Shown here: piece by piece, positions 25,164 to 33,709 of the stretch
How the letters are laid out: every line of letters starts with the position of its first letter
How positions within the stretch are numbered: the first letter of the stretch is position 1
NCBI GenBank assembly: GCA_015063325.1
Contig: SVUK01000004.1
Location: forward strand, 75,825-139,824
Source: Oscillospiraceae bacterium
GTDB taxonomy: Bacteria; Bacillota; Clostridia; Oscillospirales; CAG-272
Length of the DNA: 64,000 nt
Reading direction: 5' to 3'
Notes under the pieces: generated by a model
Databases searched by the model: none
Told to the model about the DNA's origin: nothing
What the model saw: only the letters and a program-made list of their open reading frames with translations
Made by a program: the position numbers and the translations under genes

Positions 25164-26924
25164 ATGGCGTTTGACGCAGGAATGCTGGCGTGTACGCTCT
25201 CGGAGATCAGAAAAACGGTCTTGGGCGCGCGCGTGGAACGGGTATTCATGCCGGCAAGGGACGAGATCATTCTTTCCCTCCGCCTGCCCGAAGGGGGAAA
25301 GCGCCTGCTCATCAACGCCGGCGCAAACCATCCGCGGCTGGGGCTTTCCGAAATCCAAAAAGAAAATCCTGCCGTTCCGCCCATGCTCTGTATGCTGTTG
25401 CGCAAGCATCTGCAGGGGGCAAAACTTTCCGGCGCGCGCCAGCTCGGGTTTGAACGCGTGGCAGTGCTTGAATTTGACGCGCGCGACGAGATGGGTTTTT
25501 CCACCGTGCGCCGCCTGTATTGCGAGATCATGGGCAAATACAGCAACCTGATCTTCACCGACGAAACCGATAAAATTTTATCGGTGCTCAACCCGGTCGA
25601 TTTTTCCACCTCGTCCCGTCGGCAGGTTTTGCCCGGAATGCGCTACGAGCTCCCCCCGTCGCAGGAAAAAATTGATCCCATCACCGTGTCAAGAGATGAT
25701 TTTAAAGCCGCATGGTCGAGCGCACCAATCGAAGGAAAAGCTGAAAAGTGGATTCTTTCCACCTTTTTGGGGATTTCCGCCGCCGTTGCGCGAGAAATTG
25801 TTTTTATGGCAACGGGCAGGGTGGATACGCTTGTCTCCGGGTGTTCTGCCGACCGATTGGAAGCCTGCTTTTTCGAGGTGATGAATGCCGTTCGGGAAGA
25901 AAATTTCTCCCCATGCATGGTGTTGGATGGCAACGCTCCGGTGGAGTATGCTTTTCTTCCGCTCAAGCAGTATACGGGGTACGAGATCAAGGATTTTTCC
26001 TCGGCAGGGGAATTGCTGGATGCCTTTTTCGGCGCACGCGATAAGGTTGAAAATATTCGCCGCCGTGCCGCCGATATTCTGCATTTGGTTGGTAACGCTG
26101 AGGCAAGAATTTCCAAAAAGCTCAACCTACAGCGTGCCGAGCTTGCCGAATGCGAAAAGGGAGCGCTTTATAAAAAACAGGCGGATTTGATTACCGCAAA
26201 TCTGCACGCCATCAAACCCGGCTTGTCGCGCGTCGAATTGACCGATTATGAGGACTATCGTCCGAACGGCAGTTTCGGAACCTGCGCGGTGGAGCTGGAT
26301 CTGCGCGTTTCGCCGGCGGCAAATGCACAGCGACTTTATAAAAAGTATAATAAGAGTAAAAACGCGCGCGTGGAACTCACAAGGCAGATCGCACTGGGCG
26401 AAGAGGAACTTGCCTATCTTGCCTCGGTTAACGATTCGCTTGTTCATGCCGAAACGTCTGCCGACCTTTCCGAGGTGCGCGAGGAACTTTACCGTGCCGG
26501 GTTTGCGTCAAGGATGAAGCATTACGCCGCACCTAAAAAACAGCCTGCGCCGACCGTTGCGGAGTTCCGGACATCCGGGGGATACCGCGTTCTTTGCGGC
26601 AAGAACAATTTGCAAAATGAATATATTACCCACAAACTTGCCGGAAAGACCGACTACTGGTTCCATGTCAAAAATCGTCCCGGCTCCCATGTCGTTCTGT
26701 TCGCCGAGGGAACCGAGCCGCCCGAGCGCGATTTTACCGAGGCGGCGGAAATCGCCGCGCTCTATTCGAGCGCCGAGGGGACGAATATTGAGGTGGACTA
26801 TACCCTCGTTAAAAATCTGCGTAAACCGCCGAATGCCAAACCGGGATTCGTCATCTACCACACCAACTGGTCCTGCGTGGTGACCCCGGACGAGACAAAG
26901 ATTGCGCAAATGCGCGTCAAATAA
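25164..26924 (+). CDS. rqcH: Ribosome quality-control protein RqcH (NFACT / fibronectin-binding protein A family)
   Basis: MAFDAGMLACTLSEIRKTVLGARVERVFMPARDEIILSLR NFACT-N start, a central coiled coil, and the C-terminal NFACT-R (WFHVKNRPGSHVVL). Confidence 0.85.
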   Translation: MAFDAGMLACTLSEIRKTVLGARVERVFMPARDEIILSLRLPEGGKRLLINAGANHPRLGLSEIQKENPAVPPMLCMLLRKHLQGAKLSGARQLGFERVAVLEFDARDEMGFSTVRRLYCEIMGKYSNLIFTDETDKILSVLNPVDFSTSSRRQVLPGMRYELPPSQEKIDPITVSRDDFKAAWSSAPIEGKAEKWILSTFLGISAAVAREIVFMATGRVDTLVSGCSADRLEACFFEVMNAVREENFSPCMVLDGNAPVEYAFLPLKQYTGYEIKDFSSAGELLDAFFGARDKVENIRRRAADILHLVGNAEARISKKLNLQRAELAECEKGALYKKQADLITANLHAIKPGLSRVELTDYEDYRPNGSFGTCAVELDLRVSPAANAQRLYKKYNKSKNARVELTRQIALGEEELAYLASVNDSLVHAETSADLSEVREELYRAGFASRMKHYAAPKKQPAPTVAEFRTSGGYRVLCGKNNLQNEYITHKLAGKTDYWFHVKNRPGSHVVLFAEGTEPPERDFTEAAEIAALYSSAEGTNIEVDYTLVKNLRKPPNAKPGFVIYHTNWSCVVTPDETKIAQMRVK

Positions 26925-26980
26925 AAAACCTGCACCATATCGCAAGGAAACGCCCGAAAAACGAAAAAAGGAGAACGAAC

Positions 26981-27424
26981 ATGAAGGTCAAACTCAAACT
27001 CACGCGCGGCATGACCGCGCCCGAATACGCCACGCCGGGAGCCGCCGCGGTCGATTTGCGCGCCGCACTGGACGAGGGGGAGACAATAACGCTTGCCCCG
27101 GGTGAACGCGCCCTCATTCCAACCGGACTTGCCATTTCCCCCGAGAGCGAGGACGTTGTCGCCATCATTGCCGGACGGAGCGGTTTGGGCGTGAAAAAAG
27201 GTGTTTCGCTCTCCAACGGTATCGGCGTCATCGATTCGGACTATCGCGGCGAGATCTGCGTAGGGCTGATCAACCACGGGGAAGAGCCTTTCTCGGTGGC
27301 GCGCGGCGACCGCATTGCCCAAATGTTCTTTTTGCCGGTGGAGCACGCCGAATTTCTTGCCGTTGATACATTGGACGAAACCGAGCGCGGCGCGGGCGGC
27401 TTCGGTCACACCGGGGTAAAATAA
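26981..27424 (+). CDS. dut: dUTP diphosphatase
   Basis: AAAVDLRA, GRSGLGVKKG, GVIDSDYRGEI and RGAGGFGHTG motifs. Confidence 0.92.
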   Translation: MKVKLKLTRGMTAPEYATPGAAAVDLRAALDEGETITLAPGERALIPTGLAISPESEDVVAIIAGRSGLGVKKGVSLSNGIGVIDSDYRGEICVGLINHGEEPFSVARGDRIAQMFFLPVEHAEFLAVDTLDETERGAGGFGHTGVK

Positions 27425-27451
27425 AAAAGGGAAGCCCGTTGTGCTTTCCTT

Positions 27452-27496
27452 AAAAAAGCAGGGGCGCGGCAGATTACCGCGCCCCTGACGTTTTTA
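27452..27496. terminator. Hairpin terminator after dut, shared with the convergent lipoprotein gene
   Basis: CAGGGGCGCGG-cagatta-CCGCGCCCCTG followed by acgTTTTT, and preceded by AAAAAA. Confidence 0.8.
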
Positions 27497-27497
27497 T

Positions 27498-28100
27498 TCA
27501 CTCCCAATCGTACCATTCACCGAAATAGTTTTGTATAAAGCCTTCTAAATCGGTTTTTGCGGATTGTAATTTTTCCTCATCTAATTGTTTATTACAATAA
27601 AAACCGATAAAAACCAAGGTGTCCGTTTGATCATTAAAGCCAAATGCAGTAAAACGATAAGGGAATCTGTTGTATTCGTTGTCTTGGCTCCACTCATAAT
27701 TTGAGTAAAATGTAAATCCAAATGCTTTCTTTCCGTCCAAATCAGCATTTTGAGAATGACGAGTTTCTAAACATTCTTGTTTTCCCTGCTCGTAAATTTC
27801 CGCGTCATAAGTAAGCCATATAAAAGCACGGTCAACTTCATTTTCGGAGAATAAGAGAAAGTTAGTCGTATAATCTTCGTCGTAGTAATAGTTGCCATCC
27901 AAATAAGAGTATTTTTCTAAAAACTCCACCGGCAAAAGGCACCCGGATGAAATGGTAAAATCCGAATCCGAATATCCATGATTTCGGGTATCTATGTAAT
28001 AATCCAACCCTTCCTTGGACTTTTGGTGATGACTACTACCACATGAGGGCAGAAGAATGAGGAATACGAAAACAAGTACAATTGCGGTTACCCGTTTCAT
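27498..28100 (-). CDS. Orphan lipoprotein, function unknown
   Basis: ATG 28100 follows GGAGGG. Lipobox FLILLPSC. The protein is Tyr/Asp/Glu/Phe-rich and the gene is AT-rich. Confidence 0.65.
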   Translation of the reverse strand: MKRVTAIVLVFVFLILLPSCGSSHHQKSKEGLDYYIDTRNHGYSDSDFTISSGCLLPVEFLEKYSYLDGNYYYDEDYTTNFLLFSENEVDRAFIWLTYDAEIYEQGKQECLETRHSQNADLDGKKAFGFTFYSNYEWSQDNEYNRFPYRFTAFGFNDQTDTLVFIGFYCNKQLDEEKLQSAKTDLEGFIQNYFGEWYDWE

Positions 28101-28131
28101 GCGCTTGCCCTCCGTTTGTTTTATTGATTTA

Positions 28132-28656
28132 TTACGAATCGTAAAATTCTTGTCCTTTTTCGGTAACCAACCGGTCGGTTTTCGGATATTCAAAAATTTC
28201 CGGCTTTCCGGCGTTCGCTTTGAGGTAATCGACAAATTCCGCCGCATACCATTTTGCCATTGGCAGATTGTGCATTCGACAGTATCCGCAGTTTACTTCG
28301 GTTGCCCCGGGAACATCGTTGGCTCCCTCCACCGATTCAAACGCGCGCAGGATCAAATCGTAAATTTCTTTGGGCGCGCGGTTGCCTTTGAGGATCAGAT
28401 AAAAACCGGTCAGACAGCCCATTGGTCCCCAGTAGATGATTTCATCTTTCCAAGTGGGATCGTTCCGCAAGAATGTTGCAATGATGTGTTCGAGCGAGTG
28501 CATCGCTGCAATATCGATCACCGGCTCGCGGTTCGGGCGTTTGAGCCGAATATCGTAGGTCGTAACGGTTCCGTTTCCCACCGTATCCACTCTGCTGGTA
28601 AAAATCCCGGGAACGATTTTGGTGTGGTCAACCGAAAAACTCTGTATCAGTTCCAT
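28132..28656 (-). CDS. luxS: S-ribosylhomocysteine lyase
   Basis: FSVDHTKIVPG, the metal motif HSLEHIIA, and GPMGCLTGFYL. ATG 28656 follows AAGGAGA. Confidence 0.9.
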   Translation of the reverse strand: MELIQSFSVDHTKIVPGIFTSRVDTVGNGTVTTYDIRLKRPNREPVIDIAAMHSLEHIIATFLRNDPTWKDEIIYWGPMGCLTGFYLILKGNRAPKEIYDLILRAFESVEGANDVPGATEVNCGYCRMHNLPMAKWYAAEFVDYLKANAGKPEIFEYPKTDRLVTEKGQEFYDS

Positions 28657-28683
28657 TTTTCCGTCTCCTTTTGCAATCATTGC

Positions 28684-28723
28684 AAAAAGCCGCTTTTGTT
28701 TGGCAAACAAAAGCGGCTTTTTG
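28684..28723 (-). terminator. Intrinsic terminator after rpmF
   Basis: AAAAAGCCGCTTTTGTT-tgcc-AACAAAAGCGGCTTTTT (palindromic, so it reads the same on either strand). Confidence 0.8.
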
Positions 28724-28731
28724 CTTGGAGG

Positions 28732-28935
28732 TCAGGCCTTCTTTTTGTCCGCCTTGACATCCAGAACCTTTTTTCCGTTGTAAAATCCGCAAACTTTGCA
28801 AACGCAATGGTTCTTTACGAAAGCGTCGCAAGCGGGGTTGGAGCATTTCACAACGCCCGGCAGAGTCAGTTTGCTGTTTTGGGAACGTCTTTTGTCTCTG
28901 CGCGCTTTGGAAACCTTCTTCTTCGGTACTGCCAT
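28732..28935 (-). CDS. rpmF: 50S ribosomal protein L32
   Basis: MAVPKKKVSKARRDKRRSQ with the CxxC..CxxC zinc-ribbon form. Confidence 0.95.
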   Translation of the reverse strand: MAVPKKKVSKARRDKRRSQNSKLTLPGVVKCSNPACDAFVKNHCVCKVCGFYNGKKVLDVKADKKKA

Positions 28936-28984
28936 GTCTTACACCTCCTCTTTTATTTCCGCACCGGTGGGGTGCGAAGCCGGT

Positions 28985-29521
28985 TTACTTTGTTTTTGGG
29001 GACTCGTCCTCGTCCTTTGCCCATTCGTAGTTTGCAAGAATCGCCAACCGAGGGTCGATTTCGCGCGTAGAACATCCGCAAGCTCCGTCTTTGAGCGGCT
29101 TTCCGCATTTTGGGCAGAGTCCGGGGCAATCGGGCGAACAGAGAACACGCATCGGGAATGTCAAAAAGATTTCCTCACCGATCAGTTCATCTAAGTCCAA
29201 TAAGCCGTTTTGAATCACGGCATATTCGTCAACGTTTTCTTCGAGCTGTGCTTCGGTCAGCGTTCCTTCAGCGGCAACGGTGCGCTCCAGGTCCACGGTA
29301 AACGTATCGTTCACCGGTTCCAGGCAACGGGCACAAAAACCGCGAAAGGGAACTTCTGCGTGTAACGCAAGGCGCATATAACCTGCGCTGTCAGTTACTT
29401 TACCGGTCACATGAGCATCCGCACTTGCCTGAATTCCGTCGGGCAAAACGGGTGCAAAAGGAAAGTCAATCGCAATGCGAGTTACTTCACCGCGGAGCAT
29501 GGGTCGCATATCCAAAATCAT
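28985..29521 (-). CDS. yceD: YceD/DUF177 family ribosome-maturation protein
   Basis: The conserved yceD-rpmF gene pair. C-terminal CSPDCPGLCPKCGKPLKDGACGC. ATG 29521 follows GAGGTGG. Confidence 0.85.
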   Translation of the reverse strand: MILDMRPMLRGEVTRIAIDFPFAPVLPDGIQASADAHVTGKVTDSAGYMRLALHAEVPFRGFCARCLEPVNDTFTVDLERTVAAEGTLTEAQLEENVDEYAVIQNGLLDLDELIGEEIFLTFPMRVLCSPDCPGLCPKCGKPLKDGACGCSTREIDPRLAILANYEWAKDEDESPKTK

Positions 29522-29644
29522 GTGCCCACCTCGCTTTCGTCCTTCTTCAAAACGCGACAACAATTATTATAACGGTTTTTTTTAGGTTTGTCAATAGGTT
29601 TTTTCGGTTTTTTTGTCTCTGCCGCCTTTTTCGGTGTCCTTTCG

Positions 29645-29673
29645 TTGACAGGGCGGTCTTTTCATGGTACAAT
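29645..29673 (+). promoter_or_regulatory. Sigma-A promoter of tmcAL (extended -10)
   Basis: TTGACA, 17 nt ending in TGg, then TACAAT, followed by reiterated TACAAT and TAGTA motifs. Confidence 0.65.
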
Positions 29674-29765
29674 ATAATAGTACAATAGTACAATAGACGA
29701 TAGTAAACGGTAGTAACCAATATCGTAAAGAGCAAAAAAACGATTTGAAAGAGGAAATTGCCGCT

Positions 29766-30956
29766 ATGAAAACGGGAGCCGTCATTTGCGAGTGCAATCC
29801 GCCCCATGCAGGACATGCTTATCTTTTGGAACAAATCAAAAAGGAATCCGACTGCGTTGTCTGCCTGATGAGCGGACACTTCGTACAGCGAGGCGAGGCG
29901 GCAATTCTCTCTCCCCTTGCAAGAGCGGAGATCCTTTTGCAAATGGGCGCAGACCTTGTGCTGGAATTGCCGTTTCCCTATGCCGCTTCAAGTGCCGAAT
30001 CCTTTGCTGACGCCGGCGTTTCGATCCTTTCGCGATTGGGAGTGACCGATCTTTGGTTTGGTAGTGAGAGCGGAGATCTTGATTCTCTTTCTCAAATTGC
30101 AGTTACCGCACAAAGTCAAGCCTTTCGCGCCGAGTATGCCAAACGTGTTGGAGAAGGGAATATCGGAACCGCCGCGCTCTATTTTCAGTTGCTTTCCGAT
30201 TTTTGCGGATTGCAAAAACCGCTTTCACCCAACGATATTCTTGCCGTCGCCTATCTGCGCGCTATCGAGAAAGAACAGTCGAATTTGATGCCACACGCCG
30301 TTCAACGGGTGGGAGCCGATGATCGAGACCTTGCTTTGGAAAAACGAAAAATCCCCTCTGCCGCCGCTTTGCGAAAGGCAATTTTTGAAGGGAAAACCGA
30401 TGTTTTGTCCGCATTTCTGCCCGATTTTGATAATAAAATTCTGCAACGGGAACGAGATGCCGGAAGATTTCCGGCAAGCATGAACTTTGCCTCTTCCGCT
30501 ATTCTTTGGGGACTGCGCCAAGCCGATCCAAAGGCTTTTGAGTTGTTTGCTGAGGCAGGCGGAGGGGTTGGAAACCGCTTGCAGACAAGCGCGAACGAAG
30601 CCGCCGATTTGGAGACTTTGTTCTCCTTTGCGGCAACCAAAAAATATCCAAATGCACGTTTGCGTCGCGCCCTGTTGTTCCTTTTGACCGGCGTAAAAAA
30701 AGAGGATTTGTCGATTTCCCCGGCATATGTACGTCTTTATGCCGCAAACGAGAAAGGAAGAGGGTTTCTATCTTCGGTTCGCAAAACGGCGGATATTCCG
30801 GTGGTTACCTCCAATGCCGGTGTTCCGAATTTTCCGGCGGCAAGAAGACAGGAAGAACTTGCCGAAAAGGCGACGTCTTTGTATGCGCTTTGCCTGCCGC
30901 GCCCAACATCACCGGCGGAACTGTTGCGGAAAAATCCGATCCTTTCGGAAAAATAA
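29766..30956 (+). CDS. tmcAL: tRNA(Met) cytidine acetate ligase (YlbM/UPF0348 family)
   Basis: GAVICECNPPHAGHAYLLEQ, MSGHFVQRGEAAI and LVLELPFPYA match the YlbM/TmcAL N-terminal nucleotidyltransferase pattern. Confidence 0.85.
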   Translation: MKTGAVICECNPPHAGHAYLLEQIKKESDCVVCLMSGHFVQRGEAAILSPLARAEILLQMGADLVLELPFPYAASSAESFADAGVSILSRLGVTDLWFGSESGDLDSLSQIAVTAQSQAFRAEYAKRVGEGNIGTAALYFQLLSDFCGLQKPLSPNDILAVAYLRAIEKEQSNLMPHAVQRVGADDRDLALEKRKIPSAAALRKAIFEGKTDVLSAFLPDFDNKILQRERDAGRFPASMNFASSAILWGLRQADPKAFELFAEAGGGVGNRLQTSANEAADLETLFSFAATKKYPNARLRRALLFLLTGVKKEDLSISPAYVRLYAANEKGRGFLSSVRKTADIPVVTSNAGVPNFPAARRQEELAEKATSLYALCLPRPTSPAELLRKNPILSEK

Positions 30957-30966
30957 ACGAACAAGT

Positions 30967-31002
30967 GAAAGAAAAAATGAAAGAAAAAATGAACGAAAAA
31001 AT
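30967..31002. repeat. Three tandem 12-bp A-tract repeats (UP-element-like)
   Basis: gaaagaaaaaat / gaaagaaaaaat / gaacgaaaaaat, ending 16 nt upstream of the -35 box at 31018. Confidence 0.85.
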
Positions 31003-31017
31003 GAATTGCGCGAACCC

Positions 31018-31046
31018 TTGACAAGCAAGAAAAAGAATGGTATAAT
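31018..31046 (+). promoter_or_regulatory. Perfect consensus sigma-A promoter
   Basis: TTGACA, 17 nt, TATAAT. Confidence 0.8.
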
Positions 31047-31081
31047 AATACAAACTCCATAAACACATGAAGGAGGCAAAC

Positions 31082-31372
31082 ATGGCAGAGGAAAAACGAC
31101 CGCTCGTCAGCGGCAAATATCTGGAATACCTCGGCAAACCGCTTGTGCGCGAAGGCGACACCATTTGCTACGGCGATATGACCGAAAAATGTATTTTGAT
31201 TCTGGAAATTTTCTCCTATAGCAAAGAAACCGGCGCGCCCGAGAATATTCTTGTTCAGGTTATTGATTCCAAAGATCCGAACAAAATTCTGATGCAGGGC
31301 AACAAAAAAGGCTTGACCGACGCATTTTCCATGGGATTGATTTGGTTGGAACGTGCACTGCGGTCGGCATAA
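31082..31372 (+). CDS. Small conserved-looking hypothetical protein (96 aa)
   Basis: AGGAGG lies 5 nt upstream of ATG 31082. The gene has its own consensus promoter and terminator. No motif recognised. Confidence 0.5.
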   Translation: MAEEKRPLVSGKYLEYLGKPLVREGDTICYGDMTEKCILILEIFSYSKETGAPENILVQVIDSKDPNKILMQGNKKGLTDAFSMGLIWLERALRSA

Positions 31373-31389
31373 GCCGAAAAGAGTTGAGA

Positions 31390-31455
31390 AAAAAGCGGTC
31401 CGGGAAATGAAGGGAACTGTTTGGGTTCTCTTCAGAAAAAGGACCGCTTTTTTCG
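31390..31455 (+). terminator. Intrinsic terminator (long-loop hairpin)
   Basis: AAAAAAGCGGTCC ... GGACCGCTTTTTT. Confidence 0.7.
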
Positions 31456-31475
31456 TTGTTTTTTAATTGTTTCGG

Positions 31476-31504
31476 TTGACAAACCTATTATCATATGTTA
31501 GAAT
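31476..31504 (+). promoter_or_regulatory. Sigma-A promoter of lysK
   Basis: TTGACA, 17 nt, TAGAAT. The ~68-nt leader contains reiterated TGTAAGAA motifs. Confidence 0.7.
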
Positions 31505-31572
31505 ATGGATATGTTTTTGTAAGAATAATGTAAGAATAAGAAAATAAGAATTTGTAAGAAAGAGGAAGTACC

Positions 31573-33642
31573 ATGCATTGGTCAGAAGAAATTGCACAGC
31601 GGCTCATTGACCGCAATCCCCAAAAAGAAGAGTACGTCTGCGCCGCGGGCATCAGCCCCTCGGGCTCTATCCACATCGGCAACTTCCGCGATGTCGTCAC
31701 ATCCTATTTTGTCTGCCGTGCCCTGCAAAAGAAAGGCAAAAAGGCGCGCCTGCTGTTCTCTTGGGACGAGTACGACCGTTGCCGCAAGATCCCTGCAAAC
31801 GTTAAGGCGGTTGTGGGTGATTCGTATGATAAATATATCGGCTGTCCCTATGTGGATATTCCCGATCCGTGGGGTACGCACGAAAACTTTGCCAAACATT
31901 TCGAGGCGGAGTTTTTGGAATCCATGAAAAAGTTCGGTATCGAACTGGATTGTCGCTATCAAGCGGATCTGTACCGTGCCGGAACATACACCGAGGATAT
32001 TTTGGAGGCTTTGCGCCGCCGCGACGATATTTTTGAAATTTTGGATTCTTTTAAGACCAAGGATTCTGATAAATCGCCTGAAGAACTGCGCGCCGAGCAT
32101 GATGCCGAGAAGGCGAATTACTATCCGGCAACCATCTTCTGCCCGAAGTGCCACACCGACTTTACCACCATTACCTCGCTTTCCGAGGACTGCACCAAGG
32201 CAACCTATACCTGCCGTTGCGGACACAGCGGAACATTTGATTTCCGAAACGATCATAACTGCAAACTCTCGTGGAAGGTCGACTGGCCCATGCGCTGGCG
32301 GCACGAGGGCGTGGACTTTGAGCCGGGCGGAAAGGATCACGCCGCGCCCACCGGCTCCTATTCCAACGCCAAGCTCGTTTCCAAAAAGATTTTCGGTTAT
32401 GAACCGCCGCTCTTCCAGGGCTATGAATTTATCGGCATCAAGGGCATGACCGGTAAAATGTCGGGTTCCACGGGATTGAACTTAACGCCGGATACGTTGC
32501 TCAAACTTTACCAGCCCGAAATCATTTTGTGGCTCTATTCCAAAACCGAACCAACTAAGGCGTTTGATTTCTGTTTTGACGACGGTATTCTGCGCCAGTA
32601 TTTCGAGTTTGATAAAATGCTGAGCGATTGCCGCGCCGGAACGGCGAACGAGGCAACGCAGGCGATTATGTATAACTGCACCGTCGAGGGAAGAGATGTC
32701 ATCACCGTGCCGATGGGACTTTTGGTGCAGCTCGGTTCCATTGTTGATTTCAATATTCCCATGTTGGAAACGGTGTTCGGAAAGATCGGAACACCCTATA
32801 CCCACGAGCAGTTTGCCGACCGATTGGATCGCGCCCGTTACTGGCTGGAGCAGTGCGCGCCCGATCAGGTTAACCGCCTGCGCGCCCATCGCGCATGGGA
32901 TGTTTACAATAGCCTTTCCGAAGAGGAAAAACAGGCGGTCGCGCTCCTGCACGAAACCATCGTGAAGGGCGGCTATGATTTGGACGGATTGAATACCGCA
33001 CTCTATGATATTCCCAAAAAGGTGTATCCGGCGCTTGCCGAATCCAAGGAACTGCGCCCGTTGCAAAGTGCCTTCTTCAAAGCGGTTTACCAACTGCTTC
33101 TCGGCAAGGATCAGGGACCGCGCCTGTATCTCTTCCTCTACGCCATTGATCCTGCCCGTTACGTCGGACTTTTGGATTTCTCCTATCCCGAAACCGAGGA
33201 GGAAAAAGCCGCCGCAGCCGCAGAAGCTGAGCCTGCGTCCGATTCGAAAATCGATGGAGAGATTCCCACCGAAAGCGCACCGATCGGAGAAGCCGATCCC
33301 GTGCCGCCCGTCAAGGAGCAGATCACGCTGGACGACTTTGATAAGCTTGATCTGCGCGTTTGCAAAATTCTCAAAGCCGAACCCGTGCGCAAATCGCACT
33401 CCTGCTATAAGCTCACCCTTTCGGACGGCTTGGGCGAACGGGTCATCATGTCCTCCATCAAGGCGTATTACACGCCCGAGCAGCTGGTGGGCAAGAAAAT
33501 CATCGTCATCGCCAACCTCAAAGCAAACCGCATTTGCAATATCAACTCCTGCGGAATGTTGCTTGCCGCAACAAACAACGCCTGCGGCTGTAAACTGATT
33601 TTCGTAGACGATTCGGTTCCCGAAGGAACGCCGATTCATTGA
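31573..33642 (+). CDS. lysK: Class I lysine--tRNA ligase fused to a C-terminal Trbp111/EMAP-type tRNA-binding OB domain
   Basis: The N-terminus MHWSEEIAQRLIDRNPQKEEYVCAAGISPSGSIHIGNFRD has the HIGN form of the HIGH motif, GKMSGS is the KMSKS equivalent, and the arrangement resembles archaeal LysK. Residues 584-689 (nt 33322-33639) read DLRVCKILKAEPV...KIIVIANLK...GMLLA. Confidence 0.88.
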   Translation: MHWSEEIAQRLIDRNPQKEEYVCAAGISPSGSIHIGNFRDVVTSYFVCRALQKKGKKARLLFSWDEYDRCRKIPANVKAVVGDSYDKYIGCPYVDIPDPWGTHENFAKHFEAEFLESMKKFGIELDCRYQADLYRAGTYTEDILEALRRRDDIFEILDSFKTKDSDKSPEELRAEHDAEKANYYPATIFCPKCHTDFTTITSLSEDCTKATYTCRCGHSGTFDFRNDHNCKLSWKVDWPMRWRHEGVDFEPGGKDHAAPTGSYSNAKLVSKKIFGYEPPLFQGYEFIGIKGMTGKMSGSTGLNLTPDTLLKLYQPEIILWLYSKTEPTKAFDFCFDDGILRQYFEFDKMLSDCRAGTANEATQAIMYNCTVEGRDVITVPMGLLVQLGSIVDFNIPMLETVFGKIGTPYTHEQFADRLDRARYWLEQCAPDQVNRLRAHRAWDVYNSLSEEEKQAVALLHETIVKGGYDLDGLNTALYDIPKKVYPALAESKELRPLQSAFFKAVYQLLLGKDQGPRLYLFLYAIDPARYVGLLDFSYPETEEEKAAAAAEAEPASDSKIDGEIPTESAPIGEADPVPPVKEQITLDDFDKLDLRVCKILKAEPVRKSHSCYKLTLSDGLGERVIMSSIKAYYTPEQLVGKKIIVIANLKANRICNINSCGMLLAATNNACGCKLIFVDDSVPEGTPIH

Positions 33643-33709
33643 GAAAACCCTGCAAAATTGCCAAAGAGATCGTTTTTCTGCTCTCGGAATCAGACGAAAG
33701 GGGTCAAAA

